A DNA stretch of 64,000 nt. Source: a candidate division FCPU426 bacterium (GTDB lineage Bacteria; Oederibacteriota; Muellerivitia; Muellerivitales; Muellerivitaceae). Below the pieces are notes generated by a model that had not been told where the DNA came from, searched no databases, and saw only the letters and a list, made by a program, of their open reading frames with translations. Position 1 is the stretch's first letter, and each line of letters begins with the position of its first letter. Both the position numbers and the translations under genes were made by a program. Below, one piece after another: positions 20,782 to 31,950 of the stretch. The stretch spans positions 17,796 through 81,795 of the forward strand of contig CAWHOE010000047.1 of the NCBI GenBank assembly GCA_963830915.1, read 5' to 3'.

Positions 20782-22650
20782 ATGAAAACGAACAAACCTT
20801 ACCAGAAAACTGATCCCCGGATCGAGGAAGCGCTTTTTCTCCATCGATCGGGAAAACTGGCGGAAGCGGAAGAACAGATCAAGAAGCTGTTGAACTTCTT
20901 CCCCAAGAATACCCAGCTCCTGACCCACTTGGGGACCATTCACCTTCAACAGGGCAATCCGGAAGAAGGGGTCCGTATCCTGAGCAAGTCCTTACAGATC
21001 GATCCCGATCAGCCCATGGCCTTATTGAACCGCTCTAACGGGCTGGTCACCCTAAAAAGATTTCAAGATGCCCTGACCTCTTACGACCGGACCCTCGCCA
21101 TCAAACCGGATTTTGCCGAGGCCTATTACAACCGAGGCGAGGTCCTGCTGGGGCTCAACCGTCCTCAGGACGCCGCCGCCGACTTTGACCGCGCCGCGTC
21201 CCTCCATCCTGATTTCCCTGGGGCTTATTACAACCGCGGCCTCGCCCTTGAAAAACTCGGACGGCTGGAAGAATCCCTCGCCAGTTTTGACCGGGCCCTC
21301 GCTCTTCGTCCCCAATATCCCGAGGCCCATTTCAATAAGGGCAATATCCTGAGAAAACTTGGGCGTTTTGACGACGCCTTGATCGAATACGGGCTATCGA
21401 TCACCCAACGGCCAGATCACGTTGAGTCTTATACGAACCAAGGTTATGTCCTTCAGGATCTCCAACGCCTGGATGACGCCCTGGCCAGTTATGACCGAGC
21501 CATCGCGCTCCAGCCGGATCGGCCCGAGGCCCATAACAACCGAGGGACCGTTCTGCGTAAACTCAAAAGACTTGACGAAGCCCTTGCCGCCCATGACCGG
21601 GCCATCGCTCTCCATCCAGGTTATGCCGAGGCCCATAACAACCGGGGCACGGTCCTTCAGGAACTCAAAAGGCTGGACGAGGCCCTATTAGCCCACGACC
21701 GGGCCATTTCACTCGACCCAGGTTATATGGAGGCCTACTGGAACAAGGCGCTGCTGAAACTTCTGATGGGCGATTATCCCGAAGGATGGGAACTTTATGA
21801 AAAACGCGCCAAGCCCAGACGATTCACCCAACCCCTTTGGAACGGCACAGAATCGCTCAGGGGCAAAACCATCCTGGTCCATACCGAACAGGGTTTTGGG
21901 GATGTGATCCAATTCAGCCGGTACGCTCCCATGCTCGAGAAACTGGGCGGCCTGGTCCTATTCGAGGCTCCCCAAGCCCTGGTTTCTGTCCTTTCGACCC
22001 TGGCGGGAAACATCACTTTCATCGAGGCCGGCAAACCCCTTCCTGATTTCGACTTTTATCTTCCCATGATGAGCCTGCCATCGGTCTTCCAGACAACGTT
22101 GGAAACCATTCCCGCCGAAGTCCCCTACTTGTTCCCTCCGCCAGGCCAAAAGGATCTATGGACTGAAAAGCTGGGGAAACGGACCGTCCCAAGGATCGGT
22201 TTGGTTTGGTCGGGGAAACAGGAACATTCCAATGACCATAACCGAAGTATCGGCTTGGAAAACCTCGCTCCTTTACTGAAATTGCCCTTCGAATTCCATT
22301 CCTTGCAAAAGGAATACAGGGAAAAAGACAAGGCCTTGCTGGCTGGCCTTCCCACCTTGAAGGACCATCACCGGGATCTGAGGGACTTTTCCGACACGGC
22401 GGGTCTGATCCATGAAATGGATATGGTCCTTTCGGTCGATACTTCTGTGGCCCATTTAGCTGGCGCCATGGGCAAACCGCTCTGGGTGCTTCTGCCCTAT
22501 CTGCCGGATTATCGATGGCTATTGGAACGTTCGGATAGCCCCTGGTATCCAACCGCGACCCTTTTCAGGCAATCCAAGGACGGGGACTGGCAATCGGTTA
22601 TTTCGGAAGTCCTAAAACGGATGGAAACTGAACTCAATATAAACCTATAG
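20782..22650 (+). CDS. TPR-repeat glycosyltransferase (GT9/GT-B-like C-terminus)
   Basis: 34-aa TPR repeats (AYYNRG); EQGFGDVIQFSRY, IGLVWSG, DFSDTAGLI..DMVLSVDTSVAHLAGAMG, SPWYPT. Confidence 0.9.
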   Translation: MKTNKPYQKTDPRIEEALFLHRSGKLAEAEEQIKKLLNFFPKNTQLLTHLGTIHLQQGNPEEGVRILSKSLQIDPDQPMALLNRSNGLVTLKRFQDALTSYDRTLAIKPDFAEAYYNRGEVLLGLNRPQDAAADFDRAASLHPDFPGAYYNRGLALEKLGRLEESLASFDRALALRPQYPEAHFNKGNILRKLGRFDDALIEYGLSITQRPDHVESYTNQGYVLQDLQRLDDALASYDRAIALQPDRPEAHNNRGTVLRKLKRLDEALAAHDRAIALHPGYAEAHNNRGTVLQELKRLDEALLAHDRAISLDPGYMEAYWNKALLKLLMGDYPEGWELYEKRAKPRRFTQPLWNGTESLRGKTILVHTEQGFGDVIQFSRYAPMLEKLGGLVLFEAPQALVSVLSTLAGNITFIEAGKPLPDFDFYLPMMSLPSVFQTTLETIPAEVPYLFPPPGQKDLWTEKLGKRTVPRIGLVWSGKQEHSNDHNRSIGLENLAPLLKLPFEFHSLQKEYREKDKALLAGLPTLKDHHRDLRDFSDTAGLIHEMDMVLSVDTSVAHLAGAMGKPLWVLLPYLPDYRWLLERSDSPWYPTATLFRQSKDGDWQSVISEVLKRMETELNINL

Positions 22651-22778
22651 ACAACTCCTCTCATCGGCTTTCATTCCCTTCCCTTACATTGGGCCCTCAA
22701 ACCCACTTTCACGTTATTAGTGGTAATATTTTGTTTAACATTTATTCCTTATATATTCGGGGAGGAATTAGCAAACCC

Positions 22779-25700
22779 ATGAAACGACACATCATCATCG
22801 CCATCGTCTTGATCCTTGGACTTCCTTTTTTACTTGGCTTTAAATCCCTCTCAAAAAACAAGCCGGTTCCCCATCGCGGGCTTTCTCCATCCGTTCAAGC
22901 GCGTCTTTTGGAGACCTATGGCCATCTTCCATTGGCCTTCGAACCCAATCAGGGACAGATCGATCCTCAGGTCCAGTTCCTCGCCCACGGAAAAGGCTAT
23001 AGCCTCTTTGTCACATCTCAAGAGGCTGTGCTGGTCCTGAAAAAGCCAAAAACCATCGCTCCCCCCAGGTCCCCGATAAAAGGTGTCCGGACCAAAAGCA
23101 GCGTTTTCCTCGCGCCCGACCATACCCCGCCGCTCGCGATCCACCTGAAACTGGAGGATGTCCTGCCGAACGCCGTTTTTGAAAGCATGGATAAACTTCC
23201 CGGTATCAGCAGTTATTTCATCGGCAAGGATCGATCCAAATGGCATCGGAACATCCCGCAGTTCTCCAAGGTCGCGGCCCATGGTGTCTTTCCGGGTGTG
23301 GACATGGTCTATTACGGGAACCAGGGAAAACTGGAATATGATTTTGTGGTCCAACCTGGTTCGGACCCAGGCGGAATCCATTTGAGGATCGAGGGAGCCA
23401 AGAAAATCCAGGTCACCAGCCAAGGAGACCTGGAACTCTTAACCGATCAAGGCGCCTTGAACTTCCTTGCCCCTAGTATTTACCAAGAGAACCAAGGGCA
23501 AAAAAATGTCGTGGAAGGCCGTTACAAGCTGACCGAGGACGGGAAAATAGGTTTTGAGATAAAAAATTATGACCATTCCAAACCTCTGGTCATCGATCCG
23601 GTTTTGGACTATTCCACTTATTTAGGAGGAACAGGGGCCGATCAAGGCAACGGGATCGCCTTGGACGGGGCCGGTGACGCTTACATCGTCGGGAGAACCA
23701 CCTCCTCCGACTTCCCCTCGGAAAATGCCTTCGGCGGGACCCAGAACGCTTTTGTCACCGAGATCGATCCTACCGGGTCGAACTTCATCTATTCGGTCTA
23801 TCTGGGTGGCACGGGTTACGATTACGGTCAGGCCATCGCGGTCGACTCGGCCAGGGAACGCCTTTATCGCCGGCTACACCAGTTCCGCCGATTTTCCCAC
23901 CCAATCCCCTTTGCAGGGTTCGCTTAACGGCACCCTGAACGCTTTCGTGACCGAGATCATGGCAGGCGCTTCATCCCTGGGCTTCTCGACCTACTTGGGT
24001 GGATCGGGTCAAGATGGGGCTTTCGGACTGGCCCTGGATGGTTCGGAGAACATTTATATCACCGGAGCCGCCACATCCACGGACTTCCCCACTTATATCC
24101 CGATCCAATCCTCACTGAATGGTTCCCAGAACGCCTTTGTGGCCAAACTCAACGCCGGAGGAGGGTCTTTAGCTTATTCCACTTATTTAGGGGGGAGCGG
24201 GAGCGATAATGGAAATGGCATCGGTGTGGATTCCAACGGGAACGCCTATGTGGTTGGTTTTACCTCTTCCACCGATTTCCCCACCCAATTCCCTCTCCAA
24301 GCCTCTTTGGCCGGCACCAACAACGCTTTTGTCACTGGGATCAACTCGGCCGGCACCGCTTGGATCTATTCGACCTACCTGGGAGGGAACGGCACCGATT
24401 CGGGCACCGCTATCGCGGTGGACCCCAGCGGGGACGCCTTTGTGACCGGCTACACCAACTCCACCAATTTCCCGACCCAGAACGCTTTCCAATCCACCTT
24501 GACCAATAACCTGGACGATATTTTCGTGACCGAGATCAACCCGACCGGGTCCGCGATGGTCTATTCCACCTATCTGGGGGGATCATCGTCCACCTATGGC
24601 GACCAGGCCTACGGCATCGCGGTGGACCCCAGCGGGGACGCCTATGTGACCGGCTACACCAGTTCCAGTGATTTCCCCACCCAAAATCCCGTCCAACCGA
24701 ACATGGTCTCAGGCGCTCCCGTCAACGCCTTCGTCTCGGAATTCGGGCCCGGGGGGACGGCTTTGCTTTTTTCCACTTTTTTAGGCGGCTCGGGCGGCGA
24801 GCAAGGTTATGCCATCGCGGTCGACGGGACCAACGATTGCTATGTGACAGGCTATACCTATTCCACCGACTTCCCCACCACGACCAATCCCCTCCAGCCC
24901 GCCAACGCCGGGGTCCCTGACGCTTTTATTTTCGAGATCTCCCAGCCCTCCCCCACGCCTACCCCAACCCCCACTGACACGGCTACGAACACGCTGACCG
25001 GCACCCCCACCAACACCCCGACCATTACCAATACTCCCACGAATTCAGCGACAACCACCTCCTCTTTCACGCCAACCTACACCGCCACCGGCACGATGAC
25101 CGGCACACCGACCAATAGTTCGACCCTGACCGTTACACCGACCATCACCAACACTCCCACCAACTCAGGCACAGCGACCCTCACTTCCACACCCACCAAC
25201 ACCGGCACAAACTCCTCGACTTATACCCCTTCAGGGACCCCGACATTGACCGACTCCCCGACCATCACCAATACTCCCACCAACTCAGCCACATTGACTT
25301 CATCCTCCACAGCCACCAACACCGCGACGAACACCATGACCGGCACTCCCACTTCAACCGCGACCACCACCTTTACCTTCACCGACTCCTTCACGCCCAC
25401 CCAGACTCCGACATCGACTTATTCTTCCACCCCCACCAGCACTTTCACCAACACTGCAACCCCCACCAAGACCTGGACATCAACCTACACCTTCACAGGA
25501 ACCCCAACTTCGACCTTTACGAACACTTTCACTTACACTTTCACCCCAACCATCACCTACACCCCAACCTCCACACCCACTGAAACCTTATCCCCCACCA
25601 TGACTCCCCCGCTTTATTCCATCCCGGTGATCTACCCCAATCCGGCCGACGGGACCGTTCCGGTCCGGTTAAGACCCCCGGCCTTCTTCGGCGTATCGGA

Positions 25701-25893
25701 CGTCAAGGTGCAGATCTTCACCCTGGCCTATCGAAAGGTGCAGGAAACCTTCTATCCCAGGATCACTTCCGGTACCGATTGTTTGCTCCCGCTCGTGGAC
25801 AAATGGGGAAAACCCCTGGCGGACGGTCTTTACTACGTGGTCGTCCATACTTCCCAGGGACGGACCATCGGCAAACTGCTGGTTCTTCGCTGA
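22779..25893 (+). CDS. SBBP beta-propeller surface protein with Thr/Pro linker and Ig-like C-terminal domain; frameshift near 23853
   Basis: LPLAFEPNQGQ, LEYDFVVQPG, LVIDPVLDYSTYLGG, repeated YSTYLGG..IAVD..G.AYVTG.T.S.DFPT; removing one base at tcggCCaggg joins the frames. Confidence 0.88.
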
Positions 25894-25913
25894 GGGTTCT
25901 TTCCGCTTCAATG

Positions 25914-25945
25914 AAAAACCCCCGGCCCTGAGAGGACCGGGGGTT
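25914..25945 (-). terminator. Intrinsic terminator between convergent genes
   Basis: aacccccgg/ccgggggtt stem with a T run on the minus strand. Confidence 0.65.
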
Positions 25946-25986
25946 CAAGATCAAACCCCAAACCATTCGAATTCGATCAAAGTCTT

Positions 25987-26709
25987 TTATTTTCCCAGCC
26001 ATTTGGGAAGGGGTTTCCTTCGATGTTTCAGCATGGAAAGGTAGAAGTCGCTCCCGTGTTTGAGGGCCAATAGGATCGCGCAAAAGATCCAGGGCGATAA
26101 TGGATAACCAAATTTCTGCGAAAACACCATTAGGAATCCGCTGATAAAAACGGTGGCGAACAAGATCATGGGGGCGTGCATGTTGTAAGCCAGATTGGTG
26201 ATCCGTTCCTTATGGAAATCCACGATCACCGCCCGGCTCAACAGGTCCTGGACCCAGTAGAACCCCATATAGATCAGGCTCCATTCCAGTCGCGATCGAT
26301 AGATCTCGATCGGCACCAATCCTTCCGATTTGGAAATGGCTCCAAAAATAACTAACAGAGGGATGAGTACCATGAAATAATATCCCCAATCCCCCGTGGG
26401 CTTATTCGTCCGAGAGTCCCGCACCAAATCGGGTTTTTGTCCCGGGTGAGGGGGCGAGCATAAGTAAGGCAGGACCTTCTTCAGACCATCCGGCCCAAAA
26501 CGGTTCAGGCCCATCAACATTTCCACCGTGAAGAAACGGGCGCAGGCCATGAACCCGAAGGAAAAAATGACCACTCCCGGGTCATAGTGGGTGTTCTGGA
26601 GGGATATCACGATGAAAGTGAAAGAGACCAGGTTGCACAACATCGCCGTCAAGGGCATTGAAAACACTCCCGGGGCCATGGATACAAGGGAAATGGATCT
26701 AACCGGCAC
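25987..26709 (-). CDS. Hypothetical multi-pass membrane protein
   Basis: About 6 hydrophobic segments; start uncertain. Confidence 0.6.
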   Translation of the reverse strand: MPVRSISLVSMAPGVFSMPLTAMLCNLVSFTFIVISLQNTHYDPGVVIFSFGFMACARFFTVEMLMGLNRFGPDGLKKVLPYLCSPPHPGQKPDLVRDSRTNKPTGDWGYYFMVLIPLLVIFGAISKSEGLVPIEIYRSRLEWSLIYMGFYWVQDLLSRAVIVDFHKERITNLAYNMHAPMILFATVFISGFLMVFSQKFGYPLSPWIFCAILLALKHGSDFYLSMLKHRRKPLPKWLGK

Positions 26710-26818
26710 ACCTGGATTATAAACTTGTCTGAGGGATCTACAGGGGCAAATTTCAGGTGATCAACAGGGGAGCGGCAGGCGCCAGCACCCCATTTTCAGA
26801 ACGCCCGTTCGGGAATAT

Positions 26819-27184
26819 TTACGCGGGGACATCGTTCTGCAGATAATCCTTCAAAGCCTCTTTATCCTCGTCCGGCATCAATAACAGGTGAAGACCCGCT
26901 CCCTGTTTATTGGCCCAGACCACCTCGGCGTAGGCGAAAAGGTGCTTCGATTTTTGAGGGACCGAGATATCCAGGCTGAACACATCCCCCAGTTTCACCG
27001 TTTGGCCCGTCTTGATGTACATCCCGCTCAGGTTCAGGTCCTTCGCCAGGGCCGGATGGCCCTTCAGGTTCTTCAAACGTTCCGGGTCGTCGACCAGATG
27101 ATATTGAACGGGGATCTTCACTGGAACCCGCGAGCTTCCCCTTTTTTCCAGGACCATCATATCTTTAGCCATAAGATCCCCCAT
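26819..27184 (-). CDS. PilZ domain protein
   Basis: EKRGSSRV (RxxxR) and DLNLSGM (DxSxxG-like), AEVVW. Confidence 0.85.
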   Translation of the reverse strand: MGDLMAKDMMVLEKRGSSRVPVKIPVQYHLVDDPERLKNLKGHPALAKDLNLSGMYIKTGQTVKLGDVFSLDISVPQKSKHLFAYAEVVWANKQGAGLHLLLMPDEDKEALKDYLQNDVPA

Positions 27185-27325
27185 TGACCGATCGCTTCGA
27201 ACGGCATCACTTTAATGGCGGAAGGGGCGGAAAAGAAAGTGGGGGAAAAAATATTTCGGGGAGAACGACGAAAGCCGGTGAAAACCCTTTTTCGGATCAA
27301 TTAACCCTCGTTTAACACCCAGGGC

Positions 27326-29143
27326 TCAAGACTGGGCGCGTTTCGCCTCCAGCTCTTCCCAGCGTTTGAAAAGGGCGGCCACCTGGGCCTTTTCGGCGTC
27401 GACCTTTTTCTGCCGCTCCACCAGTTCGGGAACATTGGAAGCGATCTTGGGGTATTCCAACCTGGCCAGGGCTTCTTTGACCCTCGCCTCTCCCTCATGG
27501 ATCGCCTTTTCCATGCCTTCCCATTCCTTCAATTCCCTCGTGGTCAGGGCCTTTTTGGGTTTCTCCCTGGCCGGCTGTTGGACCGCCTGGGATGGTTTCG
27601 CTTTGTCCTTCGAGCGTTCCTCCAACCTGAATTCCTCCCACTGGGACAGGTCGGCGAAAAAGCCAGCGTTCCCCTTACCGTCGAGGGCCAATATCTGACG
27701 GCTCACCCGGTCCAGAAGGTACCGGTCATGGGTCACCAGCACCAGCGCCCCGGGGAACTCGGCCAGGCTTTGCTCCAACACCTCCAGCGAGGGGATATCC
27801 AGGTCGTTGGTCGGTTCGTCCAACAGCAGGAGGTCGGCGGGCTTGAGCATCAGTCGGGCGATCAGGACCCGGGACTGTTCCCCGCCGGAAAACCGGCTCA
27901 AGGGCCGGTCCAGTTGGTCCGTCTCGAAAAGGAACCGGGTGGCCCAGCTGGCCACATGGATGGGTCTTTCCTTATAGAACACGTAATCGCCCTTCTCGCA
28001 AAGGGCCTGCCTCAGGGTCTGGTCCAGGTCCAGCTGGTCCCGGTGCTGGTCGAAGGTCACCACCCGTAACTGCTCCGCCTGTTTCAGGGTCCCCGTGTCC
28101 GGATGCAATTCCCCGGCCAGGATCTTCAACAGGGTGCTCTTGCCGCTCCCGTTCTCGCCCAGCAATCCCAGCTTGTCCCCCGGCGTGAGCAGCAGGTCCA
28201 ATGGCCCGAAGAGCTTGCGCCCGCCCAGGGTCTTTCCCACCTTGGAGGCCGCCACCAGCCTCTGGGTCTGGCGGTCCGACCCCGAGAAATCGATGTCCAC
28301 GTTCTTGCCCTGGGAATTGCGGTACTTCAGGTCGTCCAGTTCTTCCATCAGATTCCCGGCCCGGTCGATGCGGGCCTGCTGTTTGGTCTGCCGGGCCTTC
28401 GGGCCCCGCCTCAGCCACTCGATCTCCCGCCGCACCTGGTTGGCCACCGTATCCTCGTGCTTGGATTGGGTGTTGAAAAGGTCCTCGCGTTTTTCCAGGA
28501 ACTGGCTGTAATTCCCCTCGTTGGCGAAAAAGCCTTCCGGGTACCGTTTGTTCAGCTCGATGATCCGGTTGCTGACCCTCTCCAGGAAACGCCTGTCATG
28601 GGTCACGACCAGGAAAGCGAAATTCAAGCCTTCCAGGAAACCCTCCAGCCAGAGGACGCCTTCCATATCCAGATGGTTGGTCGGCTCGTCCAACAACAGC
28701 AGGTCCGGTTCCCGGACCACCTGGGTCAGGATGGCCAGCCTCTTGCGCCAGCCGCCGGATAGCTTCGACACTTCCTGGTCCGGGTTGTTGAACCCCGCGT
28801 TCTCCAGTCCCGTATCCACCCTTATATCCACTTCCCAATCTTCCAGCCCCAAACCCTCCAGGCCCTTGGAAAGGGCCATCCGAACGGTCAACCCGGACTC
28901 GGCTTCCTCGAAACGGTCCTGCTGGGGCAGATAGCCGACCCTTAAGCCCTTTCGGTAGGCCAGGGTCCCCTCATCCTGTTTTTCCTCGCCCGCCAGTATC
29001 TTCAATAAGGTGGATTTTCCCGTTCCATTTGGTCCGATCAAGCCTGTCCGTTCCCCCTCGAAAAGGCCGAAGGAGAGGTGCTCGAAAAGGGGCCTGGAAC
29101 CGAATGTTTTTGATAGATTCTGGCAACTCAGTAAAATTCCCAC
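27326..29143 (-). CDS. uup: ABC-F family ATPase (Uup-like)
   Basis: Two ABC cassettes (GPNGTGKST/LSGGW/DEPTNHLD and GENGSGKST/FSGGE/DEPTNDLD), WLRRGPKARQTK linker, C-terminal RWEELE. Confidence 0.88.
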   Translation of the reverse strand: MGILLSCQNLSKTFGSRPLFEHLSFGLFEGERTGLIGPNGTGKSTLLKILAGEEKQDEGTLAYRKGLRVGYLPQQDRFEEAESGLTVRMALSKGLEGLGLEDWEVDIRVDTGLENAGFNNPDQEVSKLSGGWRKRLAILTQVVREPDLLLLDEPTNHLDMEGVLWLEGFLEGLNFAFLVVTHDRRFLERVSNRIIELNKRYPEGFFANEGNYSQFLEKREDLFNTQSKHEDTVANQVRREIEWLRRGPKARQTKQQARIDRAGNLMEELDDLKYRNSQGKNVDIDFSGSDRQTQRLVAASKVGKTLGGRKLFGPLDLLLTPGDKLGLLGENGSGKSTLLKILAGELHPDTGTLKQAEQLRVVTFDQHRDQLDLDQTLRQALCEKGDYVFYKERPIHVASWATRFLFETDQLDRPLSRFSGGEQSRVLIARLMLKPADLLLLDEPTNDLDIPSLEVLEQSLAEFPGALVLVTHDRYLLDRVSRQILALDGKGNAGFFADLSQWEEFRLEERSKDKAKPSQAVQQPAREKPKKALTTRELKEWEGMEKAIHEGEARVKEALARLEYPKIASNVPELVERQKKVDAEKAQVAALFKRWEELEAKRAQS

Positions 29144-29274
29144 GCGTCTAACCTCTATATATAAGTGAATTGGAAGCAGGTAAGGATAAGGGGGGAAGGG
29201 CCAAAAAGATAGATGATTAAACCGGCTCGACCATTCTATTTGCGGTAATATTTTGTGATTCCGGAAGGAGACCC

Positions 29275-29559
29275 ATGGATAACCTGAAGATCATCACCCA
29301 ATTGACCGCCATCATCCAAGCCAATGTGGACAAGAACTTCGGCAAGGGCCGTCCGCCGAACAACCGCAGTCTGGAGATGGTCCGCCAGTACGCCCAGGAA
29401 ATGCTGGACGCCTATATGAAGGAGATCATCAAGGAATCACCCGAGCTCAAGAAAACCTGGCCCTTCGGCCACCCCTTCAAGGTAGCGACCAGGGTGAGCG
29501 TCCAGACCAGGTCCTATGAGATCGTTATCACCGCCAAGGACGAACCCAAAGGGACTTAA
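29275..29559 (+). CDS. Hypothetical protein
   Basis: AAGGAG RBS, 94-aa ORF. Confidence 0.6.
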   Translation: MDNLKIITQLTAIIQANVDKNFGKGRPPNNRSLEMVRQYAQEMLDAYMKEIIKESPELKKTWPFGHPFKVATRVSVQTRSYEIVITAKDEPKGT

Positions 29560-29623
29560 CCCGAAATACTCTGTAGTTCAGTCATTAAGTAAATGTTCAA
29601 ACAAATAATTCTTCTTTGCTTTT

Positions 29624-29654
29624 CTTGGTGTCCTTGGTGAACTTGGTGGTTCAA
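29624..29654. repeat. Three tandem 9-mers CTTGGTGNN followed by TCAA
   Basis: cttggtgtc cttggtgaa cttggtggt tcaa between convergent genes. Confidence 0.7.
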
Positions 29655-29670
29655 CAGTTTATTTAGTTGA

Positions 29671-31059
29671 TCAACTACCCGCCAGGTTCGGTCCCGTCAG
29701 ATGTTCCAGTTTGATGGTCCCAGCCGAAGCCAGGGGTTCCAGCAAAGGCGGTTGACCTTTGGAACTCCGTTCCGAATTTTCCACGGTCCTTTTCCTGATC
29801 TGGGCGTCCAGGTTCAACCGCGCCGGGCTGGCCAGCCCCGTCTGTTCGGATGTGATCAGTGAATCTTTACGTATCCTCCGGAAATAACAAAAGCGGTCCA
29901 GATTCACCATCTTCCCGACGAACCGCGCCCTGGTCTGGAACTCCAGGTCCCCGCTGAACCGCAAGCCCGTCGCGTAGCCGCCCGAACGGACCACCAGGTC
30001 CCGGGAGACCAGACTGCTGGGGTGCAACAAGGAATAGGCGCTGTATTTCAAAAGGGCCTGGTTCACATCCAGCGGATAGGTGTTCGGGAAGGCGTTTTCT
30101 TGTAGATACATGACCTCTTGCGTCCCGATAAGCTCGGCGCCTGTCCGTTCCGCTTCCGCCAACAAAAGCTCCAGCCGATCGATCGAGGACCAGTCATCCG
30201 CGTCTTGAAAGAGATAGGCGTCATAACGGGTCTGTTCGATCGCCGATTGGATCAACCGGTAAGGCCCCACATTCGCGGGGGACCGCCACAAAGTCGCGCC
30301 TTTGAACTTCTCGACGATATCCAAGGGAGGCCGCTCGCTTCCGTCATCCAGGACCAGTATCCCATCCAAGGGTCGGGTCTGCTCGGCCAAGGAACGCAGA
30401 CAGAATTCCAGCCAGGACCGGCAGTTGTAATAAGGGATCAGGGCCAGGACCTTGGCGTCTTTCCATATCCTGGGTTGGTCATTGGATGGCGGAAGCGGAA
30501 CTTCCTGGGTCGAGCCCGCTTTCGCCGAAAGATAGGGTATCCATCTCCCGCCCTCGGCCGATAAGGTCTCGAAATCCCGAAAAGTTGGCGGGACGGCCGA
30601 TGAGAACTCCGTTTGTAACAGGTTCGCTTCCGCGATCCAACCCAGGATCGGAGGCATCAGATGCATCCCTCCTATACTTGGCAGGTCCATGGCGGGCAGC
30701 CAGGGCATGACTCCCCATATCCCCTTCCCCATCTCTTCCCATCGAGGCGGTGAATAAGGGGCCGAGGCGGGCAAATAAGCCATTAACTGTGTCGGCACAA
30801 AGCCGGCAAGGTCCCGCGGCCATGAGCGGATCTCCACCACTTCCACGCCCGGGAATTTTGTCATCAGCGCCTGGAGTATCCCCGCTTTTTTCCCAGGCCG
30901 ACAGGTCACGACGATCTTGAGGAGGGCCTTGCCCCTTTCCCCTCGGGCCATTTCCAATTTGGGGACCAGATTTCCCAGGTCCTCTCCCGCTTCCAGCACA
31001 ACCGTCCCAACCCAGGGGGAAAGGGGGGACTCAAGTTTATTCGTGTTATCCATCCTCAT
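29671..31059 (-). CDS. Glycosyltransferase family 2 protein
   Basis: ALIPYYN..CLRSL..ILVLDDGS, NVGPY, FQDADDWS, SGDLEF; start uncertain. Confidence 0.85.
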   Translation of the reverse strand: MRMDNTNKLESPLSPWVGTVVLEAGEDLGNLVPKLEMARGERGKALLKIVVTCRPGKKAGILQALMTKFPGVEVVEIRSWPRDLAGFVPTQLMAYLPASAPYSPPRWEEMGKGIWGVMPWLPAMDLPSIGGMHLMPPILGWIAEANLLQTEFSSAVPPTFRDFETLSAEGGRWIPYLSAKAGSTQEVPLPPSNDQPRIWKDAKVLALIPYYNCRSWLEFCLRSLAEQTRPLDGILVLDDGSERPPLDIVEKFKGATLWRSPANVGPYRLIQSAIEQTRYDAYLFQDADDWSSIDRLELLLAEAERTGAELIGTQEVMYLQENAFPNTYPLDVNQALLKYSAYSLLHPSSLVSRDLVVRSGGYATGLRFSGDLEFQTRARFVGKMVNLDRFCYFRRIRKDSLITSEQTGLASPARLNLDAQIRKRTVENSERSSKGQPPLLEPLASAGTIKLEHLTGPNLAGS

Positions 31060-31096
31060 CGCGGACCCCGTCATTTCCCTAGGATCGTACCCAGCC

Positions 31097-31741
31097 TTAC
31101 CGGTTATCGTCCCTGTGCTCGCGGTCGAAGCCCCGGTCCCGCCCCTGTTCATAATGCCCGCGGGGCCTTTCCTTGGCGTCCCACTCCATGACCTCTTTTT
31201 TCTGCATGTAACCATTGTTGATGTCGCGGAAATTCCTGCCCGAGGCCCTCATCTGGGCGATCTCATGGGGATCCCTTCCGTAATGCTCGGATATGAATTT
31301 CAAATTGACGAAATTCACGATGTCCGCGTCGGAAAGATTGATCCTTCGGCCGTGGCCGATGAAGACCCGCTGGCCGTTCGCGTAAGGGGTGCCCGCGTAG
31401 TCGCCCGCGGTGTAGAAGATCCGGGGATTCAGGCGGAAATGGAGGGCGATCTGCATCCAACTCCAACCATGGGTGCGAAGCAGTATCACCGCCTCGGGGG
31501 AGACATTGGCCCTTTGGGCGATGAAGAACACCACCGGATGCTCCTCGTCCGGGATACCGCTCTCCTGGCAGTTCTGGATCTGCTCGGTGGAGACCTTGAA
31601 ATAATCCCCGATGGCCAGATGGAAGGCGTCCACGCCATTACTGCCGATGGCCACTCCCACATTGACCTGGGCTTGCGCCGTCCAGGGTGAGGCAACGACC
31701 GCCAGGGCGGTCACTCCCAAGAACAAAAGTATTTTTCTCAT
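31097..31741 (-). CDS. Exported hypothetical protein
   Basis: GGAG RBS, signal peptide, LRTHGWSWMQIA-type helical motifs. Confidence 0.7.
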   Translation of the reverse strand: MRKILLFLGVTALAVVASPWTAQAQVNVGVAIGSNGVDAFHLAIGDYFKVSTEQIQNCQESGIPDEEHPVVFFIAQRANVSPEAVILLRTHGWSWMQIALHFRLNPRIFYTAGDYAGTPYANGQRVFIGHGRRINLSDADIVNFVNLKFISEHYGRDPHEIAQMRASGRNFRDINNGYMQKKEVMEWDAKERPRGHYEQGRDRGFDREHRDDNR

Positions 31742-31950
31742 GACATCTCCTTTAACGCTCGAAGTTTCGAAACCCGTCTTTCGGGCCAATAGCCCCCCAG
31801 GCCCACAGGATTTAGACGTCTGGAAAAGGAAAATGGATTGCCCTCCTGAAATTTTCAAGGAATGGTCGACACCTGATGGGCCTACAGGGCGTCAAAACCC
31901 GTAATTCTCCATCGACTTTTCACCAACGCGCTTCACCCAAAAAGGACGCC

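Noticed and set aside
21050..21760. 102-bp DNA repeats
   Set aside because: Explained by TPR coding repeats; the SBBP and Kelch repeats are likewise coding.
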